This document shows positions 21,296 through 31,264 of a stretch of 64,000 nucleotides of DNA, one piece after another. This DNA is from Spirochaetota bacterium (lineage in GTDB: Bacteria; Spirochaetota; UBA4802; UBA5550): contig CAXXHB010000003.1 of assembly GCA_963664815.2 (NCBI GenBank), forward strand, positions 2,976,001 to 3,040,000, in the 5' to 3' direction. The notes below the pieces were generated by a model. That model had not been told where the DNA came from, ran no database searches, and saw only the letters and a program-made list of their open reading frames with translations. Position numbers and translations under genes: made by a program. Every line of letters begins with the position of its first letter. Position 1 is the first letter of the stretch.

Positions 21296-22210
21296 TTATA
21301 CTAGTGTCTTATAATACTCATAGGTATTTGCTATTCCCTCTTCAAGAGATACCCTGGCCTGCCATCCGATACCTGCAGCGAGTGAAACATCAACCAGTTT
21401 CTGTTTCATACCTGTTGGTTTTGACAGATCATGTTTAAATTCGCCTTTATAACCTATTACTTCGGCAGCTATTCTATAATAATCATTCACTGAATAATCA
21501 TGACCAAGTCCTACATTTATTATCTCAGGGATAGAATCATAGTTTTCAATTGAAAACATTACAAATCTTACAAGATCATCAACATGCATAAACTCGCGGC
21601 GCGCTGTCCCGTCTCCCCATATTTCCACACTATCTTTTTTATTGATAACAGCATCATGAATTTTAGTAATAATCGCCGGAATCATGTGAGAATTTTCAGG
21701 ATCAAACTTATCATACTTCCCGTATAAATTACACGGCACCAGCGTTTTATAATTATATTGCGAATTTTCACTCTTTATATAACTACATAATCTCTGCGTT
21801 ACTATTTTCGCAAGGGCGTATCCTTCGTTGGTCGGTTCAGGTTCACCCTTTAATATATAGCTTTCCCTCAATGGATTGGGAGCATCATGGGGGAACATAC
21901 AGGAAGTCCCTATGTTGATCAAACGGGTTATCCCAACTCTGTATGCTGCTAGAACTACATTCCGTCCCATATCCATGTTTTCGACAAGAAACCGGACTGG
22001 ATTCTTTATATTAGCAGCTATACCACCCACAAGCCCGGCGCAATGAATAATAAAATCAGGTTGCTCTGTTAAAAAATAATTAAAAACCTGATCATATTCG
22101 CATAAATCAAGTTCATCAATAGATGGTGTTAGAACATGGTAACATTTATCAAGCGATTCTTTTATATTACGCCCTACAAGCCCGGAACCCCCGGTCAATA
22201 AAATACGCAT
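21296..22210 (-). CDS. GDP-L-fucose synthase / GDP-colitose synthase-like epimerase-reductase
   Basis: GGSGLVG, AGLVGGI, GTSCMFP, PTNEGYALAK, PCNLYG, SHMIP, WGDGTARREF. Confidence 0.9.
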   Translation of the reverse strand: MRILLTGGSGLVGRNIKESLDKCYHVLTPSIDELDLCEYDQVFNYFLTEQPDFIIHCAGLVGGIAANIKNPVRFLVENMDMGRNVVLAAYRVGITRLINIGTSCMFPHDAPNPLRESYILKGEPEPTNEGYALAKIVTQRLCSYIKSENSQYNYKTLVPCNLYGKYDKFDPENSHMIPAIITKIHDAVINKKDSVEIWGDGTARREFMHVDDLVRFVMFSIENYDSIPEIINVGLGHDYSVNDYYRIAAEVIGYKGEFKHDLSKPTGMKQKLVDVSLAAGIGWQARVSLEEGIANTYEYYKTLV

Positions 22211-22328
22211 TTCTACTCCTCTTTATCGCCATAATTGTCATATGTAAAAATTTACGATAACATTATACTGCAGGTTTCACGTACATCAATTTTTACTTAC
22301 CAGCCAAGATTTTTCAATACAATATTGC

Positions 22329-23261
22329 TTATATATTTTTATTTAACAACATTCTGACTTCCTGTGTAATAGCATCCATAGAATTAAACTGTGGTAAATA
22401 TCCAAATTTTTCAGCAGTTTTATTTTTAGAATAGTATATATTCTTGATTCCTGTTGCCTGAATTATACCGACAGATTGATTGATATGATAACATAAACCA
22501 AACTCTTTGCTAAAAGCTTCAAGAATTTCAAATTTTCTGACCGGTAAAGAGCTATAACAATCCAATACACCATTAAATGGATTTTCTGTAACCAGCAGCA
22601 CTAATTTAAAAAGATCGCGCGGATCAATATAGTCTCTGACAATATCTGAATCATTTGTTAACAATTCAGTTTTATTTATTATAGATCTTACAATATCTGT
22701 CATCAGATAGGATGATCCTAAATCTATAAATCGACTGAAAAAGCTGAAGACTCTTAAATCGACAATTTTTAGTTCTTGCAGGGATCTATGTTTAGATTCA
22801 CTGTATATTTTTGACAATCGATAATGATCAGAGCTTCGGATGTTATTCACAGGTATTTCAGTTGTTGATTTTTCTGTAACAGGAGCGCTGAACTCAGTAC
22901 CATAGACTGCACCGCTGCTGAAATTTATATAAAGTGTTTCCTGATTGTTATAGATATAACCTATTATTAAATTATCAAACATTTCTGTAATTCTATAAAT
23001 ATCATATCCGGCGGCAATCACTTTATCAGGAGTACCAAAACCTATACAATTAATAATAACATCCGATTTACCTTTAAACGTTTCAAAATAATTAATATCC
23101 AGAATTGTAATCCTGTTATCAGTATTTACATTTTCTATTAAAAACTCTTTAACAGATTCCGTATTCCGTGCGAACAAGAGCAATTCATAATCTCTGAAGA
23201 AATGCAGAATCAGGTTTTTTGCAATATGGCTTGTTGCTCCTAATATGATTACTTTCTTCAA
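22329..23261 (-). CDS. NAD-dependent epimerase/reductase (extended SDR)
   Basis: IILGATSHIA, FSSGAVYG, YRLSK, RDYI; follows the ThDP enzyme in a YerF-like position. Confidence 0.82.
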   Translation of the reverse strand: MKKVIILGATSHIAKNLILHFFRDYELLLFARNTESVKEFLIENVNTDNRITILDINYFETFKGKSDVIINCIGFGTPDKVIAAGYDIYRITEMFDNLIIGYIYNNQETLYINFSSGAVYGTEFSAPVTEKSTTEIPVNNIRSSDHYRLSKIYSESKHRSLQELKIVDLRVFSFFSRFIDLGSSYLMTDIVRSIINKTELLTNDSDIVRDYIDPRDLFKLVLLVTENPFNGVLDCYSSLPVRKFEILEAFSKEFGLCYHINQSVGIIQATGIKNIYYSKNKTAEKFGYLPQFNSMDAITQEVRMLLNKNI

Positions 23262-25072
23262 GACAAATCCTTTATCAATTCATTGAAAATCTCATCATCA
23301 ATAAACGGAGACATATTCTGAAGCGGCATCGATACCATCGATCCATTTTCAAGTTTTTTTGAGCTCACTGTCGGTATTACTTCCTGATTAATATTTGTTA
23401 ATACTTCAATTACACATGGTCCTTTAGAATTCAATATTTCAGAAACATTACTATCTAACTCGCTTTCAGAATCAAAATAATAGTATGATAATTCAAATGC
23501 CTCTGATATTTTTTTTATAGAAGGAATAAAAACACCGGAATTTTTATCCACACCTGCATATAGGCTATCAAAATAGTTGTCCTGAGTATTCTTTATTGAT
23601 AAATATCCATCATTGTTAAATATTATTATTTTTACATTGACCCTGTTTTTAGAGATTACAGCCAATTCATGAATATTAGTACAGAATGAACCATCTCCAG
23701 TAAAACATAAAACTGTAGAATTTTCTTTTGCCAGAAAAGCACCAGTAGCAGCAGGGAGCGCCCAGCCCATTGCACCCAATCCTCCGGAAGTTATGATTCT
23801 CTGATTATCTTTGACCTTCCATGCATGACCGATAGTATAAAATGCTGACCCGGCATCATTTACAATAACTTCATTGCCTTCCGTCTTTTGATTAATAATA
23901 TCAATAGCTTTATAAATATTAATTCTGCCGTCTTCTTTTTTATGAGGTTCTTTCATAATATCAAATGAATACTTGGTCTGCAACAGCCATTTATTCCAGC
24001 CTGATCCTCTATTTTTTTCAAATAATTTTCGATCTGTTTTACTCAGCACAGAATGTACAAAACTTTGCACATCAGAATAACAATGGCATGAAACATTCAC
24101 CTCCTCCCTCTCAAAAAGTGATTTATCCATATCAACTCTGACAATATATGCATCAGGAGCAAATTTCTCCATCTCATAGCCGGTTGTCAAAGTATGCAAA
24201 CTTGATCCAATACACAAAATAAAGTCTGCATATTGAACAGCAAAATTACCAGCCCGGTCACCCTTTATACCCGGATGCCCGATGAAACTCTCATCATGAT
24301 AACCAATAATATCTTTACCCAGTTGAGTTGTAACAACAGGCGTGTGTGTCAGTTCAGATAGTTTTTTTATTTCATCGGGAATATTTGCCACCCTTACCCC
24401 ATGCCCAGCCAATATTACAGGTTTTTTGGAATTCCTCCACTTATTAATTATTATATCAAGAATTTCATCATTCGGCTTGATTTTTTGATCTACCGGATTA
24501 TAATATCGCACCTTTTCAAAATCAATATAAGAACCTTGTATATCTACAGGTATATCTATAAGTACCGGACCAGGCCGTCCAGCCCTGGCTTCGGATATTG
24601 CTTTACCTAATATATATGGAATATCATTGGGATTATCAAGAAACCATGTAAACTTTGTTACAGGTTTTACTATTTCTATTATATCAGCTTCAAAAGTTCC
24701 GAATTGTCTCAACCCATCAATTCCGGAATTATGTATTGTCTGACTTTTTTTGCTTTGCCCGGTGATGAATACTAAAGGAATTGAATCATACCATGCTCCG
24801 GCTACCGGCATTACAATATTTAATGCACCGGGGCCGCTTGTTGCAAAACAAACACCAATGTCACCTTTCAGCCTGGAATATGCTTCTGCAGCAACCCCTG
24901 CACATTGTTCGTGGTGATGAAAAACAAGTTTCAATTCCGGATTTCTTGCAACCCCATCCAGAATATGCATCATCCCCCCTCCGGATAAAAGAAAAACTGT
25001 ATCAACACCATGACTGGACAATGTATTAGCAATATAATCAGCAACCCTTTGTTTCATAGTAACCTGTGTCAT
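23258..25072 (-). CDS. ThDP-dependent AHAS-like carboligase (YerE-like)
   Basis: HHEQ, ATSGPG, GGLGAMGWALP, GDGS...NNDGYLSI ThDP motif; embedded among sugar genes with no ilvH/ilvC. Confidence 0.88.
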   Translation of the reverse strand: MTQVTMKQRVADYIANTLSSHGVDTVFLLSGGGMMHILDGVARNPELKLVFHHHEQCAGVAAEAYSRLKGDIGVCFATSGPGALNIVMPVAGAWYDSIPLVFITGQSKKSQTIHNSGIDGLRQFGTFEADIIEIVKPVTKFTWFLDNPNDIPYILGKAISEARAGRPGPVLIDIPVDIQGSYIDFEKVRYYNPVDQKIKPNDEILDIIINKWRNSKKPVILAGHGVRVANIPDEIKKLSELTHTPVVTTQLGKDIIGYHDESFIGHPGIKGDRAGNFAVQYADFILCIGSSLHTLTTGYEMEKFAPDAYIVRVDMDKSLFEREEVNVSCHCYSDVQSFVHSVLSKTDRKLFEKNRGSGWNKWLLQTKYSFDIMKEPHKKEDGRINIYKAIDIINQKTEGNEVIVNDAGSAFYTIGHAWKVKDNQRIITSGGLGAMGWALPAATGAFLAKENSTVLCFTGDGSFCTNIHELAVISKNRVNVKIIIFNNDGYLSIKNTQDNYFDSLYAGVDKNSGVFIPSIKKISEAFELSYYYFDSESELDSNVSEILNSKGPCVIEVLTNINQEVIPTVSSKKLENGSMVSMPLQNMSPFIDDEIFNELIKDLS

Positions 25073-25077
25073 TCATT

Positions 25078-25821
25078 TTATAATAAATTCATAATACATT
25101 TTTTCAACTGGAAAGTATCAGGCTTGAGTACCAGAAAATCACCATCTGAATCTTTTTTTAAACCGGAATAATTATCAATCATGTAACCGACTGTTTTCCC
25201 CGCATTTTTTATTTTTTTTGTTGCTTCATTTACAAAATTACTGACCAGCGGATGCGTAAGCTGCCCACGAACTCCAAGATTGCATGACATATCATATATG
25301 CCAAGATAGAATACATCAATATCTTCTATTTTTAAAATAGAATCCAGGTTCGAATAAGATTCATTGTTTTCAATTATCACTCCAAGCAACGGGAAACCGG
25401 AAGCCATATAAACCGAATCATCATTACCTGTGAAATCGCCCGCTTTTGTAAATGGATTATACCCTCTGTTACCCTTCGGTGAAAACAGCGAATATTCAAC
25501 CAGACGTTCCGCATCGGAGAGGGTTTTAATTTGCGGACAAATTATTCCATGAGCTCCGACATCGAGGACACGCTGAATGACCGTATGTTCAATTTCAGGT
25601 ATTCGTACTAACGGAGAACAACCATACATGGATACTGCCTGCACTGATCCTGCTATTATGTCCGGATCAAATGAACCATGCTCCATATCAAGGATAATAA
25701 AATCCAGACCAGTTGATGCAAGAATTTCTGATACAACTGTATTGGGAATAATTGACCAAATACCGATAACGTCTTTTTTTAAAATAATTTTATTTTTTAC
25801 ATAATTATTTATATTAAACAT
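25078..25821 (-). CDS. HpcH/HpaI class II pyruvate aldolase
   Basis: LDMEHG, PLVRI, LDVGAHGIICPQI, PKGNRG, IEN, GIYD; ATG at 25821 preferred. Confidence 0.88.
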   Translation of the reverse strand: MFNINNYVKNKIILKKDVIGIWSIIPNTVVSEILASTGLDFIILDMEHGSFDPDIIAGSVQAVSMYGCSPLVRIPEIEHTVIQRVLDVGAHGIICPQIKTLSDAERLVEYSLFSPKGNRGYNPFTKAGDFTGNDDSVYMASGFPLLGVIIENNESYSNLDSILKIEDIDVFYLGIYDMSCNLGVRGQLTHPLVSNFVNEATKKIKNAGKTVGYMIDNYSGLKKDSDGDFLVLKPDTFQLKKCIMNLL

Positions 25822-26872
25822 AAATCTTTGTATTCCATTTAATAGTTCTTTCAACAGCAGTCTTTATATCTGTATATACCTTTAAACCGAATTCATCCCG
25901 TGCAGAACTTATATCCGGGATAATTCTGTTATTCGGAATAACTCCAGCCAGTGAACAATTCAGCAGTACATCAGGTCGCGGATTAAAACAACCCGAGACA
26001 ATCTGGGCCAGCTCCTGAAGTGTTTTCCCCTCATCTGATCCAACATTATATACCCGGCCGGTCATTGTTTTTATCATTATTGTCAGGAGCCAGAGAGCCA
26101 GATCTGCTCCATACATAATCGTCCGTACAGTTGTTCCATCACCCAGGATTCTGATTGATCTGCCATGCATTGCATCAGAGATGAAGCTGTTAGTAGCCCA
26201 TGGCGCATCTTTATCCTGATATGGCCCCAGAAATGAAAAAGGACGGACAATTCCAACCGGGAGCCTTAATTCCCCTCTTGCAGCTGTTATTAAAGATTCA
26301 GCAAATTTTTTTGCTTCTGCATAAACCGAATTCACATTGGTTGAAGATATAATACCGATATATTCTTCCCTGATTTTGTCCATAGTATCAGGCTGTGCTC
26401 CATAAACATTACCGGAACTCAGGTAAAGCAGCATTTTAAGATTGGCTACACGATCAGCCGCCCGCAGCAGTGAACTTGTTCCTTCAGAAATTGTGGTAAT
26501 TGTATCAAACGGTCTAGTACTGTGAGTGCGGTTATCAGGATTACCGGCAGCATGTATTATATAATTAAGGTTTCTTGGCAATTCACTGATTGTTCTGATA
26601 TCACTTCTTATAAAATTGATATAACTCTTATTTGCAAGATGTGGAACCGCAGACAAAAACTTTTCTCTATTCCTCGACATGACGTGTATTTCAATTCCAC
26701 TATTCATACTATCATTCATAAAAGCTAAAAATTCAGTCAGCCACAATCCGATAAAACCTGTTCCGCCGGTTATCATAACAGATGAATTGCTCAAATCCTC
26801 CAGTGAAATAGAAGCGCTTTTAAAAACCCGCTCACAATCTTCCCGTATGAAATCAGATGCGGCTATTGTCAT
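25814..26872 (-). CDS. NAD-dependent epimerase/dehydratase (extended SDR)
   Basis: ITGGTGFIG, IHAA, SSGNVYG, YAEAK, GDGTTVR. Confidence 0.86.
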   Translation of the reverse strand: MTIAASDFIREDCERVFKSASISLEDLSNSSVMITGGTGFIGLWLTEFLAFMNDSMNSGIEIHVMSRNREKFLSAVPHLANKSYINFIRSDIRTISELPRNLNYIIHAAGNPDNRTHSTRPFDTITTISEGTSSLLRAADRVANLKMLLYLSSGNVYGAQPDTMDKIREEYIGIISSTNVNSVYAEAKKFAESLITAARGELRLPVGIVRPFSFLGPYQDKDAPWATNSFISDAMHGRSIRILGDGTTVRTIMYGADLALWLLTIMIKTMTGRVYNVGSDEGKTLQELAQIVSGCFNPRPDVLLNCSLAGVIPNNRIIPDISSARDEFGLKVYTDIKTAVERTIKWNTKIYV

Positions 26873-27903
26873 TTCATAACTCCTTCTGTTTTCCCCTTAT
26901 TGGCAAGGTCAGAAGCTACTTCAATTATAATATCTTCCTGACCTGCTATAATTTTCCGTCTGCCTAATTCAACAAATATATCTCTCGGATCAACATTAAA
27001 CTCCTGCGCTATACGGAGAACCGGTTTTACAAATCCGGAGAAAACACCAGACATACCACTGACAATACTGATTGATCTGATAACAGGTATTTCCTTCATC
27101 AATTCATTCTCGGCTAAATCACTTGCATCAAGCAGTTTATACAGGTCAATGCCTGTTTTATAACCCATTCTCTGTAATACGGCTACCAGAACTTCAAGCT
27201 GCGCATTACCTGCCCCGGCACCGAACCCGCGCGCACTGCCATCAACAATTGTTGCACCGGATTCGATTGCTGTAATTGAATTAGCAACCCCCATACCCAG
27301 GTTATTATGGGCATGAAAACCAACTGGTATAGACAGATTATCACATAAATAATTGACCCTTTCTTTTACGTCTTTTTGAATATAGTATCCGGCTGAATCC
27401 ATTATTATAACTGCTTCAGCTCCATAGATTTCCATCTTTTTTGCTTCTTCACAGAGCATCTCTTTTGATAACATATGCGACATCATCAGTACGCCAAATA
27501 CATCTTTACCCTGCTCCCTGCAGAACCGGATATGTCTTTCAGTGATATCGGCTTCAGAGCAATGGGATGCAATACGGAATACATCCACACCATAATCTAT
27601 TGCAGGTTTTAAATCACGTTCGATTGTAGCAAATCCGGGAATTACATGAATCCCGAGTTTTGACTTTTTCAAATTTTGACGTGCAGTTTTAAGCATAACT
27701 TCATCAGATGTTTTTGATATCCCCACCTGCAGCGATGACGCACCAAGACCATTCCCATGTCCGACCTCAACAATTTTAATACCTGCGCCATCAGCCGCTT
27801 TACAATATAAAGCAATCTGCTCTTTAGATAATTGATGCGCTATCGCATGATTCCCATCACGTAATGATGCATCACTTACTAATATTTTTTTTTCATTCTT
27901 CAT
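26869..27903 (-). CDS. dmpG: 4-hydroxy-2-oxovalerate aldolase
   Basis: DASLRDGNHA, EVGHGNGLGASS, MDSAG, GFHAHNNLG, GAGAGN, IAGQEDII. Confidence 0.92.
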   Translation of the reverse strand: MKNEKKILVSDASLRDGNHAIAHQLSKEQIALYCKAADGAGIKIVEVGHGNGLGASSLQVGISKTSDEVMLKTARQNLKKSKLGIHVIPGFATIERDLKPAIDYGVDVFRIASHCSEADITERHIRFCREQGKDVFGVLMMSHMLSKEMLCEEAKKMEIYGAEAVIIMDSAGYYIQKDVKERVNYLCDNLSIPVGFHAHNNLGMGVANSITAIESGATIVDGSARGFGAGAGNAQLEVLVAVLQRMGYKTGIDLYKLLDASDLAENELMKEIPVIRSISIVSGMSGVFSGFVKPVLRIAQEFNVDPRDIFVELGRRKIIAGQEDIIIEVASDLANKGKTEGVMK

Positions 27904-28771
27904 TTATCAGGTCTGTCTTTGCAATTTCTTCCGCTATTGCTATAGCAGCACAATTAATTATATCAAGGTTTCCCGCATATTCAGGCAGGTAATCCCCTAA
28001 TCCCCTTACTTTTACCATAATAACAATCCTGTCATTTTCAACAATAGGTTCAACTAATAAACGGTAGCCTGGTACGTACATATTAACTTTTTTTATTATA
28101 TCAAATAATACCGGTTTAAGTGAAAGCAGATCCGGTTTAGCCACCTGAGCAAAAATTGTAGTCTGCATATCAATACAGGGAATCGCAGGATTCAGATTAA
28201 GAATTGCCTTTGTATGCTTTGCCCCGGAAAACTGTTTAACTCCCTGTTCTGTAGTAGCTACATACTCATCAAGATTCATTCTCGTTGCCGGTCCTGCACT
28301 TTTAGATGCTATACTTGAGACAACTTCTATATATTCAACATCCTTCTGTGATTGGCCTATGGCATAAGCAATTGGAATTGATGCCTGTCCTCCGCAGGTT
28401 ATCATATTTAAATTCGGCTCACTCAGGCATTCCTGCAAATTTACAGCAGGCGCACACATTTTACCCACCCTTGCGGGAGTTAAATCAATAGCCTTTATCC
28501 CCAGATTCTTCAAAATCGGTGCATGAATATAATGATCTTTTGCAGATGTAGCATCAAATACCAGATCAATTAAATCAGGATTTTCCTTTATATAATTTAT
28601 ACTTTTATCAGAACATAATACACCAACAGATTGCGCTTTTGACATACCTGGCGAAGAAAACTCCCTGCCAATAAATGCAACACAATCCAGATATGAAGAT
28701 CTTTTTATTTTAATTAATAAATCAGTCCCGATATTTCCGGATCCTAATATTGCAACGCTATATTTTTTCAT
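27893..28771 (-). CDS. dmpF: Acetaldehyde dehydrogenase (acylating)
   Basis: GSGNIGTDL, FDATSA, IDLTPA, NMITCGGQASIP (catalytic Cys), SAGPATR, YAGNLDI. Confidence 0.93.
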   Translation of the reverse strand: MKKYSVAILGSGNIGTDLLIKIKRSSYLDCVAFIGREFSSPGMSKAQSVGVLCSDKSINYIKENPDLIDLVFDATSAKDHYIHAPILKNLGIKAIDLTPARVGKMCAPAVNLQECLSEPNLNMITCGGQASIPIAYAIGQSQKDVEYIEVVSSIASKSAGPATRMNLDEYVATTEQGVKQFSGAKHTKAILNLNPAIPCIDMQTTIFAQVAKPDLLSLKPVLFDIIKKVNMYVPGYRLLVEPIVENDRIVIMVKVRGLGDYLPEYAGNLDIINCAAIAIAEEIAKTDLINEE

Positions 28772-28798
28772 AAATCCTGCTGACAAACATTAATATAA

Positions 28799-30154
28799 TT
28801 AATTTTCAGTAACAAACCAGGTAATTCTTTCAATCATATACTCAATCGCCTCCCTGCTCATACCCGGATAGAGACCAATCCAGAAACTGTCATTCATTAT
28901 TCTGTCTGTATTTTCAAGTTCATCAATAATCCTGTAGTCGACACCAGGTATAAGGCTGTTAAAACATGGGTGACGAGTTATATTCCCCGCGAAAAGATTA
29001 CGTGTCTGTATGTTCCTGCTTTCAAGATGTTCAACAAGCTGATTCCGTGTAAATTTAACACCATTTCGCAGGGTCATAATGAAACCGAACCAGCTTGGAT
29101 CGCTGCATTCAGTTGCTTTGGGGAGAATAAGCTTATCCTCAAGCGGCTTGAGGCCATTATATAATAACGAAAAATTCTCTTTCCTCTTTTCAACAAATTC
29201 CGGAAATTTTTCCAGCTGCGCACATCCTATCGCTGCCTGCATATCAGTAGCTTTAAGGTTATATCCGAAGTGGCTGTAAACATATTTATGATCATACCCG
29301 AAAGGGAGAGTTCCATGCTGACCGCTGAACCTGTTCTTGCAGGTATTGTCAACTCCGCTGTCACACCAGCAGTCACGCCCCCAGTCCCTGATTGACAGCA
29401 TTATTTTTTTTAAAACAGGATTATCCGTATAAACAGCACCACCTTCCCCCATTGTCATATGGTGCGGTGGATAGAAACTCGAAGTACCAATATCACCCCA
29501 TGTACCGGTAAGTTTTCCGTCAAACTTTGAACCTAAAGCATCACAGTTATCTTCGATAAACCAGAGGTTGTTCTTTTTACAGAAATCAGATACAGCTTTG
29601 AGATTAAACGGGTTTCCAAGAGTATGAGCAATCATCACTGCCTTTGTTTTTGATGACAAGGCTTTCTGCATGAGGCTCACATCAATATTAAATGTTTCCA
29701 GTTCAACATCAACAAAAACCGGAACTGCCCCATACTGAATTATCGGCGCAACTGTAGTAGGAAAACCTGCAGCCACAGTAATTACTTCATCACCACGTTT
29801 TACAGCACGGCCTTTCAACAAAGGTGATGTTAAAGTCATAAATGCCAGCAGGTTTGCCGAGGAACCTGAATTGACCAGAAAAGACCATTTAACTCCGAGA
29901 TACCCGGCCAGCTTCCTCTCAAACTCGGCAGAAAAACGTCCATATGTCAGCCAGAATTCAAGAGATGAATCAACGAGATTTGCGATCTCCCTTTCATCAA
30001 ACACCCGGCCTGCATAATTGATACGTGACTTTCCCGGTGTAAAGGATTTATCCTTTTCCGCATCAACAGCGTAATAGTATTCCTTCACTTTATCAAGAAT
30101 CTCTTTTTTTAACGATTCACTTCTATTCATGCCTGTTCCTGTTTTCATCGTCAT
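28799..30154 (-). CDS. rfbH: CDP-4-keto-6-deoxy-D-glucose 3-dehydrase (E1)
   Basis: VNSGSSANL, EDNCDALG, SFYPPHHMTMGEGG, RDWGRDCWC-x7-C, YDHKY; alternative start at 30130. Confidence 0.94.
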   Translation of the reverse strand: MTMKTGTGMNRSESLKKEILDKVKEYYYAVDAEKDKSFTPGKSRINYAGRVFDEREIANLVDSSLEFWLTYGRFSAEFERKLAGYLGVKWSFLVNSGSSANLLAFMTLTSPLLKGRAVKRGDEVITVAAGFPTTVAPIIQYGAVPVFVDVELETFNIDVSLMQKALSSKTKAVMIAHTLGNPFNLKAVSDFCKKNNLWFIEDNCDALGSKFDGKLTGTWGDIGTSSFYPPHHMTMGEGGAVYTDNPVLKKIMLSIRDWGRDCWCDSGVDNTCKNRFSGQHGTLPFGYDHKYVYSHFGYNLKATDMQAAIGCAQLEKFPEFVEKRKENFSLLYNGLKPLEDKLILPKATECSDPSWFGFIMTLRNGVKFTRNQLVEHLESRNIQTRNLFAGNITRHPCFNSLIPGVDYRIIDELENTDRIMNDSFWIGLYPGMSREAIEYMIERITWFVTEN

Positions 30155-31255
30155 TCATTTTAATGCCCACGGAGTATCAATATTTTCCGCATCTTTTATA
30201 TAGCATACAAGCTGTTCTGTACTGATTATATTTTTACTCTTATAAAATTCCCTGTACCATGATGCAGTTTTTTCAAAAGTCTGTTCAGCACCCCATATCC
30301 CTTTCCATTTGAGTTTAATATGGGCCTTTGAACAATCAAGTTTTAAAAGACCGGCCTCATGCGGATTGCTGCAGTCCGGCTGAAGCCTGTATTTTAAATC
30401 CGGCCATGATTTTTTAATAGATTCCACTACACTTTTAACCGTAATAGACTCTTCATCTCCAGGGCCAAAATTCCATGCTTCGGCAAACTCTCTTTTCCCC
30501 TCCAGAAGCTTCTGCCCCAGCATCAGATATCCGCTTAACGGCTCAAGTACATGCTGCCAGGGCCTTGTTGATTCAGGAGACCTTATTACAACTTCTTCCC
30601 CGCGACTTACAGCCTTCATTATATCCGGGATAAGCCGGTCTTCAGACCAGTCCCCGCCACCTATAACATTTCCAGCCCTTACACTTGAAACAAGGACACT
30701 ATGATCTTTTCCGTATCTATCAATATTGAAAAACGAATTTCTATACGCAGAAGTAACAAGCTCTGCACAACCTTTTGACGCACTGTAAGGATCATGCCCA
30801 CCCATGGGATCATTCTCCCGGTAACCCCAGACCCACTCCCTGTTTTCATAACACTTATCTGTTGTTATGTTTACTACAGCTTTTACAGAATCAGAACCCC
30901 GGCATGCATTTAACAGATTTACAGCTCCCATTACATTTGTTTCAAAAGTTTCACGAGGTTCCCTGTATGATAATCTTACAAGTGGCTGCGCGGCCATATG
31001 AATTACAATATCAGGTTTAAAATTTTTAATCGCATTATAAAGTTTATTATAATCCCTTATGTCATCTATCGTTTCAGATATTTTAATTCCAAGCAGATTA
31101 TAATGTGAAGGCTCATAAAGGGGTTTAAGCGAATATCCATAAACCTCCGCCCCGAGTTTATTCAGCCATAAAGACATCCAGGACCCTTTAAAACCGGTAT
31201 GGCCTGTGAGAAAAACTTTTTTGTCTTTATAAATTCCGCCAAAGAGATTATCCAA
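30155..31255 (-). CDS. rfbG: CDP-glucose 4,6-dehydratase
   Basis: TGHTGFKGSW, AAQPLVRLSY, TTDKCYEN, DPYSASK, RAGNVIGGGDW, RPWQHVLEPL. Confidence 0.96.
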   Translation of the reverse strand: MDNLFGGIYKDKKVFLTGHTGFKGSWMSLWLNKLGAEVYGYSLKPLYEPSHYNLLGIKISETIDDIRDYNKLYNAIKNFKPDIVIHMAAQPLVRLSYREPRETFETNVMGAVNLLNACRGSDSVKAVVNITTDKCYENREWVWGYRENDPMGGHDPYSASKGCAELVTSAYRNSFFNIDRYGKDHSVLVSSVRAGNVIGGGDWSEDRLIPDIMKAVSRGEEVVIRSPESTRPWQHVLEPLSGYLMLGQKLLEGKREFAEAWNFGPGDEESITVKSVVESIKKSWPDLKYRLQPDCSNPHEAGLLKLDCSKAHIKLKWKGIWGAEQTFEKTASWYREFYKSKNIISTEQLVCYIKDAENIDTPWALK

Positions 31256-31264
31256 TTCATTACC

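Noticed and set aside
23258-25072. Housekeeping acetolactate synthase ilvB
   Set aside because: No regulatory subunit or other ilv/leu genes; context matches YerE-like carboligases
26869-28771. Aromatic-degradation (meta-cleavage) operon
   Set aside because: No dioxygenase, hydrolase or hydratase genes; dmpFG are coupled to sugar-nucleotide genes
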